11,526 bases of DNA from Candidatus Thorarchaeota archaeon. Its GTDB lineage: Archaea; Asgardarchaeota; Thorarchaeia; Thorarchaeales; Thorarchaeaceae. Below, one piece after another: positions 1 through 7,156 of this stretch. The stretch spans positions 1 to 11,526 of the forward strand of contig JBHLRQ010000093.1 of assembly GCA_048882385.1 (NCBI GenBank), read 5' to 3'. Numbering within the stretch: the stretch's first letter is position 1; each line of letters begins with the position of its first letter. The translations under genes and the position numbers were made by a program. Under the pieces are notes generated by a model, which saw only the letters and a list, made by a program, of their open reading frames with translations, had not been told where the DNA came from and did not search any database.

Positions 1-320
1 AGGAGAGTACCTATGGCTTTCATTAGTCCTATATCACGTCTACGAGTGACCATTTCAAGTGATACAGTTGTCGAAACAACAACAGCGCCAAGCAGAAATA
101 CGAGTAGAAGAATTGCCCAGACAAAGGTTGAAAAGAATGTACCTAACGAGGTCGATAATGCACTCGTTACTGCGAAAGAGGTCACATCTAGAAGCACATT
201 ACCAAACAAGAAGACGAAAGTAGTTGCAGTCACAACGCTTGTCAATGAGAAAAGAGTAAGGGTTGTCCGAAATGGACGACGCTTAAGGTCCTTTGATGCG
301 TAGACCTGATGATCAGACAT
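1..320 (-). CDS. ABC transporter permease, FtsX/MacB-like (N-terminal part; runs off the left edge)
   Basis: Absent from the ORF track. Manual translation from ATG at 320 gives MSDHQVYASKDLKRRPFRTTLTLFSLTSVVTATTFVFLFG...WAILLLVFLLGAVVVSTTVSLEMVTRRRDIGLMKAIGTL, with no stop before the edge. It has the typical 'RRPFRTTLTL' pre-TM1 segment and the FtsX-like 'RRRDIGLMKAIG' motif. The start overlaps the ATPase stop (ATGTCTGA, 313-320). Confidence 0.88.
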   Translation of the reverse strand, partial: MSDHQVYASKDLKRRPFRTTLTLFSLTSVVTATTFVFLFGNVLLDVTSFAVTSALSTSLGTFFSTFVWAILLLVFLLGAVVVSTTVSLEMVTRRRDIGLMKAIGTL

Positions 321-1065
321 GCTCTTTTAACTCTCCATTTTCCATAGTGAACTGACGGACTCCTTGACGGTTGATAATACCCTCATCATGGGTCATCACA
401 ATCACAGTTTTGCCCTGTTCATTCAATTTAGCGAGCAAATCACGTATCATCTGTCCACTATCACCATCGAGATTAGCTGTTGGTTCATCCGCCAATATGA
501 TTGGAGGGTCGTTTGCCATGGCACGAGCAATAGCAACTCTTTGTTGTTCACCTGAACTGAGCTGCCAAGGAAGGTGGTCTATTCGATGGCCCATCTCAAC
601 ATCCTCAAGTAGTTTGATAGCATCCTCTCTCAATTCAGACTGGCTTTTTGATGTGAGTTGCATGGGAAACATGACATTTTCAACTGCAGTAAGAGTTGAA
701 ACAAGATTGTAGCTTTGAAAGATGAATCCAGTATTGTCAAGTCTGAAGGTGGAACGAAATGATTCATCATAATCATTGATTGGTACATCCATGACATATA
801 CTCGACCAGAAGTCGCTAAATCAATAGCCCCGATGATATTCAAGAGAGTCGTTTTGCCAGATCCACTCTTCCCAGAAACTACAACATAGTCGCTGTGATC
901 TATAATGAGAGATACTCCCTTCAATGCTTCAATTTTTTCTCTCCCTATTTTGTATGTTCTAAAGACATCTTGAAGCTTGACTGCATGCTGGATATCGTCT
1001 AAATCTTCTACATCAAGAGTATCTTTTGTATAATCAATTGCGTCTAAATAATCATCATCCGCCAT
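313..1065 (-). CDS. ABC transporter ATP-binding protein, LolD/MacB/FtsE family
   Basis: Walker A GKSGSGKT, Q-loop GFIFQSYNL, signature LSSGEQQRVAIARA, Walker B IILADEPTANLD and H-loop VMTHD are present. Start placed at ATG 1065 (MADDDY), preceded by AGGTGG. The ORF track extends to a TTG at 1128. Confidence 0.95.
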   Translation of the reverse strand: MADDDYLDAIDYTKDTLDVEDLDDIQHAVKLQDVFRTYKIGREKIEALKGVSLIIDHSDYVVVSGKSGSGKTTLLNIIGAIDLATSGRVYVMDVPINDYDESFRSTFRLDNTGFIFQSYNLVSTLTAVENVMFPMQLTSKSQSELREDAIKLLEDVEMGHRIDHLPWQLSSGEQQRVAIARAMANDPPIILADEPTANLDGDSGQMIRDLLAKLNEQGKTVIVMTHDEGIINRQGVRQFTMENGELKEHV

Positions 1066-1128
1066 TTTGACCACCTTTAGTGAATGGCGAATGAATCTAT
1101 TTGCAAGATAAGCATAGGGGTTGGGCAA

Positions 1129-1944
1129 TCATTGTACCAATATGCCTTCAACATCTATAGCACTACGTGCCCAATCAGTCAAAATCACTGGTTTTTCTCG
1201 ACCAAAGACTTTCACAGATCTCAGGATATCAGCTTTCAACAGACCGCTAACGTAGTATGAAACTAAGCTCTTATCAACTTCAAGTGTTCGACTTATTTCT
1301 GCTTGAGTTGTTTGCCCATTTTTGGCGCATTCGGTAAGGATTGACCCTATAGTGGGATTTCTTGCGATTGCAGTTAGTCTCATCACATTTTCATCAGATG
1401 AATAATCCGGTGAAAAGATGTGTCTGACATTACCAACTCTAAGTGAAACGACTTGTCCTTCCTGCTCTAGGAACTTCAGGTGATACTGCAGAGCTCCCAT
1501 GGCACATCCGATAATTCTGTGAAGTTCACGTAGATGTATGCCTGGATTCGAAGCCACCTCGAAAGCCACTCTATCACGGAGTTTCTGTACCCTACGATCA
1601 TCTCGTCGATCAATTGAAACTGTACCAATCGCAAGCGCAATGAAACCAGTTTGTATAGTGGAATATAATGCATTAGACCAAGCTATATTGGTTCCACCAG
1701 AATTCCAAGAAGTGAAGAGAAAGTCTAAGGAAACATTCACCACACTTGTTGCACTTGAAATCATAAAAGAATAAAGATCCAGACTTTTCATCTCGTCATT
1801 GATGTTCAAAGACGGAGAAATGTCAAAAGCAACAGACTTGGTTTCACCAATACCAGCACTAGATAAAGCTACACCAATGATACTCCATGTAAGGAGCATA
1901 AACGAGATTCCTATGAGGATTCGTTTGGTGAATCGTCTGTTCAT
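1129..1944 (-). CDS. Membrane-anchored tandem winged-helix (ArsR-like/COG3398-type) putative transcriptional regulator
   Basis: Two hydrophobic segments (ILIGISFMLLTWSIIGVALS; IQTGFIALAIGTV) precede 'NPGIHLRELHRIIGCAMGALQYHLKFLEQEG' and a second HTH 'TQAEISRTLEVDKSLVSYYVSGLLKADIL'. Confidence 0.8.
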   Translation of the reverse strand: MNRRFTKRILIGISFMLLTWSIIGVALSSAGIGETKSVAFDISPSLNINDEMKSLDLYSFMISSATSVVNVSLDFLFTSWNSGGTNIAWSNALYSTIQTGFIALAIGTVSIDRRDDRRVQKLRDRVAFEVASNPGIHLRELHRIIGCAMGALQYHLKFLEQEGQVVSLRVGNVRHIFSPDYSSDENVMRLTAIARNPTIGSILTECAKNGQTTQAEISRTLEVDKSLVSYYVSGLLKADILRSVKVFGREKPVILTDWARSAIDVEGILVQ

Positions 1945-2012
1945 AGATCAACTACCACCATCAAACCATATTATTCTTTGCAGTTAAGGAATGGGAATGT
2001 TGAATACTTGTA

Positions 2013-2567
2013 CTAGGTTGCACCACGTGCAGGATAAGTCAATGTGATCTTGAACGAGCAAGTCTTTTCACCTGCTGAAATGCAAGTTTCTTCATTCACA
2101 ACCAATTTTTCGTATTCGATTCTGTTGAAATCAGTAAGATATTCGAGAACAGCTTCGGTAAATCCCAGCAAGAAGAAACATGATGGTTCATCCGCTTCAT
2201 ATCCAGAAGCATATGGATTATCACCAATTTCGATAATAGCCTCTTCATCCAACCAGAGTTTGTAGAGCTTGGCAATTCTGATGTCACCAAATGGGACTAT
2301 CAGAGTTTCTAATGCCATCTTGATGAATTCTACAATTCCTTTGAAATCGCCTGGTGGTTTTTGCTTTCCGACTTTGAAATATTCTCTTTGAGCTTCTAGT
2401 CCTGCAAGTCGGCCAGCTGAATAATATAGGTCGCGAACCCGATCGGGAAACATGACTGCAATTCTGCTTCCAAGCTTGTTCCAAGTTTTTGCAAAGAATG
2501 CCACCATCAGGTCACGTTCTTTCAATCGACCCTGCCACCATGGAATCACATTTTCTGGCTTTGACAT
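2013..2567 (-). CDS. V4R-domain protein (4-vinyl reductase/HNOB/TRAPP superfamily)
   Basis: Motifs YSAGRLAG, NPYA, PSCFFLLGFTEAVL and NEETCISAGEKTCSF give the V4R C...E..C......C pattern. Confidence 0.85.
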   Translation of the reverse strand: MSKPENVIPWWQGRLKERDLMVAFFAKTWNKLGSRIAVMFPDRVRDLYYSAGRLAGLEAQREYFKVGKQKPPGDFKGIVEFIKMALETLIVPFGDIRIAKLYKLWLDEEAIIEIGDNPYASGYEADEPSCFFLLGFTEAVLEYLTDFNRIEYEKLVVNEETCISAGEKTCSFKITLTYPARGAT

Positions 2568-2633
2568 ATCCTAAGCCTCGTCATCACTTGTTGATTAATT
2601 GAATGTTAAGTGCTTTATGTGTGTGTGATGTCT

Positions 2634-3107
2634 TCAAACCAAACGAACATTCCAGACACAGGCATCAGCACCTGTAGCTTGACTCATTTCCTGGAAGACC
2701 TTTGCATCAACGCCCTTAAATTCCAAGATTGATTCGAGAATCCCACTAAAGACCTCACAGTATCCAAATCCACGCATACCTTCAAGATTGACCTCTTGAC
2801 ACCAAACACATCCATCATCTGTTATTCTAATAGACCCACGAGCACTCTTCATGTCTACATCCCGAGGTTTTTTGTCGTAAAGAACTCGGTAAATCACCTC
2901 AACTAATTTGGCAACATCTTCACGAGTTGTAACATTATCCTTGGTCTTCTCTACGATTTCAGTATTGAGGTAGACTTGCTGTCCAATTTCCTTTCCAAGA
3001 TCACGGAGTCTTTGATTAGCAGCTTCTATATTGTCAGTTTCAGAGAGAACTTTTTCTACAAAATAAGAATACAGGCTAATTAACAATGGATTCTCTATTT
3101 TAGGCAT
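2634..3107 (-). CDS. Bet3/TRAPP-like V4R protein (copy 2)
   Basis: The N-terminus 'MPKIENPLLISLY...ANQRLRDLGKEIGQQVY' resembles Bet3 helices 1-2, and the C-terminus has CVWC, YCEVFSGILE and QEMSQATGADACVW. ATG 3107 is preferred over TTG 3116 because of its spacing from the upstream AAGGGGA. Confidence 0.78.
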   Translation of the reverse strand: MPKIENPLLISLYSYFVEKVLSETDNIEAANQRLRDLGKEIGQQVYLNTEIVEKTKDNVTTREDVAKLVEVIYRVLYDKKPRDVDMKSARGSIRITDDGCVWCQEVNLEGMRGFGYCEVFSGILESILEFKGVDAKVFQEMSQATGADACVWNVRLV

Positions 3108-3130
3108 AGCACTCAATCCCCTTGGATGGT

Positions 3131-4150
3131 TTAGATCGTTTTACCAATCACCTTGAGACCATGTTTTCGATACTTTGCCACAGTCTGCACAACTTTGGGC
3201 AATGGAAACTTCAGTGCTTCAGCTATCTGCTCTGTTGTTCTGGTACCATCACACATGCGTATTATACTCTTATCAGAATCTGCGACTTTCGACATATCTC
3301 CTTCATAATGAGGACATTTGACATATCGACCCATAGTACCCGGTTCGATAGTTACAGTGTCTTGGCCTTCTTGAATTTTAGGAACTTCAATAATTCCCTT
3401 AGATGCACTCCATTTTAGTAGTTCAATGACACGATTATTCGGTTGAAACATCGAGTCAGCAATCCTCTCAACACTATTGTTCCCATCAACGAGCATTAGA
3501 ACATCAAATCCGAAATTTCGATATAATTCCTTCATTTCGGTATAGAGAGGGGAATCCAGTGAAAGCGCTTTTGGATATTCAGTCCCCCTTGTAGGTATTG
3601 TACTTGGGTGAACATTGAAATCTTCTGGAGATTTCTCAGGTTTGGTTACAATAGGAGCTATTTCCACAGAGGGAGTTTCAATCGTAGGTTGCGGTGTTTC
3701 AACTGTTGGAGACGGGACAGTTTCTTTTATGGGAGATGAGGTTTCCACTGAAGCAGCCTGAATTGCTATACTCTCAAGAACCTGCAAGTTGGATTCGCTT
3801 GATTCCTCAAAGTCTTCTGGCGGTGGCGGGAGCTCGATGCCTTCCAATAGTCTTAGTACATTCTTAGTCTTAGCAATAGCTAGACCTAGTTGAAGTTCGG
3901 GTACATAGAGAACTGTAAGAATCCAATTGTCATCTACCGGAGAAAGAACCACCAAGCCTCTATCAGTATCGATTGTCATAAGGCGTAGATCAGACTTGTA
4001 GAGTGTTATACTATCTTTCACTCGAGGAAACAACTCGTCTGGAAAAGCAAAACTCACAAATGGCCTTCCGATCTTTGTCATAAGTGAATAACCCAACACT
4101 TGATCATCAAATCTTAATTTTGAAAGAGCTCTCTCCAAATCTTTGGACAT
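3131..4150 (-). CDS. Roadblock/LC7-like domain + Pro/Thr-rich linker + two winged-helix-like repeats (copy 2)
   Basis: Roadblock-type N-terminus (LERALSKL..VLGYSLMTKIGRPFVS..LRLMTIDTDRGLVVLSPV..WILTVL..LQLGLAIAKTK), then LPPPP and the repeats 'VLMLVDGNNSVERIAD' and 'IIRMCDGTRTTEQIAE'. ATG 4150 follows GAGGTG. Paralog of 6121-7107. Confidence 0.75.
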   Translation of the reverse strand: MSKDLERALSKLRFDDQVLGYSLMTKIGRPFVSFAFPDELFPRVKDSITLYKSDLRLMTIDTDRGLVVLSPVDDNWILTVLYVPELQLGLAIAKTKNVLRLLEGIELPPPPEDFEESSESNLQVLESIAIQAASVETSSPIKETVPSPTVETPQPTIETPSVEIAPIVTKPEKSPEDFNVHPSTIPTRGTEYPKALSLDSPLYTEMKELYRNFGFDVLMLVDGNNSVERIADSMFQPNNRVIELLKWSASKGIIEVPKIQEGQDTVTIEPGTMGRYVKCPHYEGDMSKVADSDKSIIRMCDGTRTTEQIAEALKFPLPKVVQTVAKYRKHGLKVIGKTI

Positions 4151-4308
4151 GTATAACACCTCGGGGAAGATGGTCGGACCATTACAAGTCTGTACATGGC
4201 ATTCTTCCGAAAGCTGTCGTAAAAGGATTGTGGTGATGCAATAATAATATCATCAAATAGTTCTGTCAAAAACGGTTAAGAGGAGTAAGTGTACGTCGAC
4301 AATATAGC

Positions 4309-4875
4309 ATGAGAAACATAATCAGTGGCTTTTTGGCTGTTATTGCAGGTTCTTATTTGATTATCATACTTTTGGGACTATCAGAACCACCATACCCAGA
4401 ACCTTTCAAAATAATTTGGTTTCTCTTGGCTGGTAGCAGTGCACTTCAATCCACACTTATGTTCATTCTGGAACCTAGTATTCTATCATATATCATCAGC
4501 TGGATTGTCATGGGTCTTATTATCGGTCCATTTTCAAAAGTAGGATGGAATACCGTAAGATCTGCACTGTGGGTTGGACTCATCACTGCTGTACTAGCAC
4601 TTGCTTCATTGTTACTTTTAGATCCCTCTTTTTGGAATATTACTGTCAATCCAGCCAGAAATATAGAATTGTTCTACCAATTTACTACATCAATGATTGT
4701 AGCGCTTTTCACTATGCCGTCAGCACTACTAACAGCACTTGTTGTCAATAGACTCAGCCAGCAAACTGAATCTCCAATTCCAAGTAAAATTGAAACTATA
4801 TGTGATTGTGGGGCTGTCTATAAATCTAAACCTATGATTTGTTCAGAATGCGGCAGACAGCTGATTGAGAACTAA
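4309..4875 (+). CDS. Multi-pass membrane protein with C-terminal zinc ribbon
   Basis: About 4-5 hydrophobic helices followed by C-terminal CDCG-x9-CSECG. It is the only credible plus-strand gene in the window. Confidence 0.82.
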   Translation: MRNIISGFLAVIAGSYLIIILLGLSEPPYPEPFKIIWFLLAGSSALQSTLMFILEPSILSYIISWIVMGLIIGPFSKVGWNTVRSALWVGLITAVLALASLLLLDPSFWNITVNPARNIELFYQFTTSMIVALFTMPSALLTALVVNRLSQQTESPIPSKIETICDCGAVYKSKPMICSECGRQLIEN

Positions 4876-5396
4876 CGGTCGCGTGATATCCCTCCACCCA
4901 GCAATCCACCAACCGTAGCTGCTATCGCAGGATAGATTGTCCCCTCCAATGCTGCTTGCATGATGTACATTGACCCGGGCTCAAAAATTGCCATTATATT
5001 GAAAGCTGGAGATATCATAAAGAAGAGAAGCCATGTCAGAAATGCACCAATAACTGCACCGATAATTGCAGCCATGACTCCAGGTAAGAAATCCTTTGAA
5101 GCTAATCCAGCAAGAAGACCTCCAGTCCCCCAGGCGAGGAACATAAGAACACTTGAACCTTCAGCTCCATAGCCAACGAGTGTACCTAAGCTAGGAGAGC
5201 CTAGAAATCCTGGAGAAGGAAATAGAACAGTGCCCACCACAGCGAGCCTTAACTCAAGATCATTGTGGCTCAAGAAATCATCTACAACAATTCCAGAGAT
5301 AAGATCGTTTGGCATGTAAATCCCAAAAGTCAGTACAATGAATACAATTGCGAATGCGGTTATTAGCCCTATAAGCGTGCCTAGACCTTGACCCAA
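4872..5396 (-). CDS. Gly-rich multi-pass membrane protein
   Basis: About 4-5 hydrophobic helices with GxxxG-type motifs (WGTGGLLAG, VGGLLGGG). The TTG start is preceded by GGAGG. Confidence 0.85.
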   Translation of the reverse strand: MGQGLGTLIGLITAFAIVFIVLTFGIYMPNDLISGIVVDDFLSHNDLELRLAVVGTVLFPSPGFLGSPSLGTLVGYGAEGSSVLMFLAWGTGGLLAGLASKDFLPGVMAAIIGAVIGAFLTWLLFFMISPAFNIMAIFEPGSMYIMQAALEGTIYPAIAATVGGLLGGGISRDR

Positions 5397-5439
5397 TTCA
5401 GGTCCTCCATGTATGTTGGTTTTACAACACTATCTTCGG

Positions 5440-5450
5440 TTATTAGGTTT
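5440..5450 (-). promoter_or_regulatory. Putative archaeal BRE/TATA element AAACCTAATAA
   Basis: Lies about 44 nt upstream of the start at 5396. The same CCTAATAA core occurs upstream of rpl13e and of the 8859 gene. Confidence 0.45.
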
Positions 5451-5478
5451 TATACCTATGCCAGATGAGTTGTCAATT

Positions 5479-5982
5479 CTATCTCAGAGCAAGGGTCCAT
5501 GTACAGACATCATCGCCCAATGCTCTACAAGACTCTTGGAAACTTTCAGCTTGGAAACCTCTCAGTTTCATGACTGCATCAAATACTCCACTAACGATAG
5601 CACAGTATTGCAAGCCAGGCATATCAGTAATATGAACTCCTGCGCAGATTGGGCAATCTGCATCTGTGAACTTGATTGTTTGCCTATCATCACTCACCCA
5701 AACGTCGGTAAATTCCTGACCTGAGTTGACCTTGTATGCAAGTTGAAGCGTATTCGCGAATTCATGGAATGCTCCTGCATGCTCACGTATCCGATCAGCA
5801 TAATCCATGAGAAGTGTTTCGCCAACTCGAAAACCAATATCTTTCATCTTGAAGTTGATCATCTCAACAGATTCACTTGTGCTCATCAGAAGGTTCATCA
5901 GCTCACGATAGTTGGCTTGGAAAAGGACTCTGCTAACTTTCGGAGTCATAAACGACCAAGCTATTTTGCCTTTAATTCCCAT
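5479..5982 (-). CDS. Bet3/TRAPP-like V4R protein (copy 1)
   Basis: 'TPKVSRVLFQANYRELMNLL...INFKMKDIGFRVGETLLMDY...AFHEFANTLQLAYKVNSG' follows the Bet3 pattern as recalled. The C-terminus is V4R-like: DCPIC, YCAIVSGVFDA, QESCRALGDDVC. Start placed at ATG 5982 after GGAG; the ORF track starts at TTG 6054. Confidence 0.8.
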   Translation of the reverse strand: MGIKGKIAWSFMTPKVSRVLFQANYRELMNLLMSTSESVEMINFKMKDIGFRVGETLLMDYADRIREHAGAFHEFANTLQLAYKVNSGQEFTDVWVSDDRQTIKFTDADCPICAGVHITDMPGLQYCAIVSGVFDAVMKLRGFQAESFQESCRALGDDVCTWTLALR

Positions 5983-6061
5983 GATTAATTCAAACTCCGT
6001 AAATTGTTGCGGAATGAAACTGATTGCAATTTCAATGATATAATTCTTATTCAAACAGCTA

Positions 6062-6112
6062 TCTCAATGTTCTTGGTTCTAAAAGATAGCATGTGTATTG
6101 GTCTCAATGTTC
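6062..6112. repeat. 11-bp direct repeat TCTCAATGTTC (6062-6072 and 6102-6112)
   Basis: Two exact copies with starts 40 bp apart, in the intergenic region upstream of the Bet3-like gene. Confidence 0.7.
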
Positions 6113-6120
6113 ATGCAATC

Positions 6121-7107
6121 TCATCCCCTTGACGATTTATCGGTACGAATAATTCGGAGGGTTTTTCCTCGATAGGGAATGATGCTCTGCAAAGCTTCAA
6201 AATAGGGTATTCCAACTTCGGTGGCAATCTCTTGCAAAGTCATCTTTCCATCACATAATTCTAGTATGGCTCGATGTTTTTTCTTTACCTTCTCAATATC
6301 ACCTTCAAAAAGAGGAAGTTCAATGATTTCTTTTTGAGCTGGTTCCTGTTCTTCGGGACACTCTACTCTAAGAATATTCCTTGAAACACACCAAGTGACA
6401 ATCTCAATAGTTTTCTCAATAGGCCTTGATAGATGTTCAGAGATTTTGTAAACAGTCATTTTTTCATCAACGACGAGAAGAACATCAATTCCAACATTGG
6501 AGAACGCCTTTTTGATTTGAGAATTCAAATCAGACTCTAGAGTCATAGTTTCATTATACCTGACACTACGATGCACAACACATCCATGTTGAACATTCAC
6601 TTCTTGTAGAGGTTCCTCAATAGGAGTAGATGGTTCTGGAATGTCTGGTTCAGGAGAAACTACTTCTGGAATGACTTTGGGCTCGATAGGAGTAGTTGGT
6701 TCATCTGGAACAGCAGGAACTATTGGTTCCATAGACACCATAGGTTCTGGTTCAGGTTCTGGTTCGATAACAATAGATGTCGGAGGAGGCGGTAGGTCTA
6801 CTTGCATAAGTAAATCAATAACTGCTTTAGTTCTTGATAATGCACCGCCAAGTTGGAAGTCTGGGTCAAACAGCACAGCTAAGACCCATTGAGGATTGAC
6901 TCTAGCAAGAATGACTATTCCCTTATCAGTCATTACATTAACTAGTCTCAAATCAGATCCATGAATTTTGAGTGTGCCTTGGATATTTGGAAGTACATCA
7001 TCCGGCAAAGAAAAAGAAAGGAAAGGATGGCCATCACTTGTAATTAGAGCGTATCCATTAACTGACTCATCGAACTTCAATTTTGTCAGAACGCGCTCTA
7101 GTTCCAA
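6121..7107 (-). CDS. Roadblock/LC7-like domain + Pro/Glu-rich linker + two winged-helix-like repeats (copy 1)
   Basis: LERVLTKL..VNGYALITSDGHPFLS..LRLVNVMTDKGIVILARV..WVLAVL..FQLGGAL, then LPPPP and EPEPEPEP, then the repeats 'VLLVVDEKMTVYKISE' and 'ILELCDGKMTLQEIAT'. The TTG start is preceded by AGGTGA. Confidence 0.78.
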   Translation of the reverse strand: MELERVLTKLKFDESVNGYALITSDGHPFLSFSLPDDVLPNIQGTLKIHGSDLRLVNVMTDKGIVILARVNPQWVLAVLFDPDFQLGGALSRTKAVIDLLMQVDLPPPPTSIVIEPEPEPEPMVSMEPIVPAVPDEPTTPIEPKVIPEVVSPEPDIPEPSTPIEEPLQEVNVQHGCVVHRSVRYNETMTLESDLNSQIKKAFSNVGIDVLLVVDEKMTVYKISEHLSRPIEKTIEIVTWCVSRNILRVECPEEQEPAQKEIIELPLFEGDIEKVKKKHRAILELCDGKMTLQEIATEVGIPYFEALQSIIPYRGKTLRIIRTDKSSRG

Positions 7108-7156
7108 TAGTCAATCACCTAACAAAGCGATATTTGCACGGATGAAGCAAAAACGA

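Noticed and set aside
13-303. 96-aa plus-strand ORF
   Set aside because: It is the antisense shadow of the FtsX-like permease on the minus strand.
1066-1128. N-terminal extension of the ABC ATPase from TTG 1128
   Set aside because: ATG 1065 has an SD-like AGGTGG upstream, and the extension looks intergenic.
2618-2631. Short TG dinucleotide run between the V4R genes
   Set aside because: Too short to distinguish from chance.
5983-6054. N-terminal extension of the Bet3-like ORF from TTG 6054
   Set aside because: It has no counterpart in the paralog, and ATG 5982 has an upstream GGAG.
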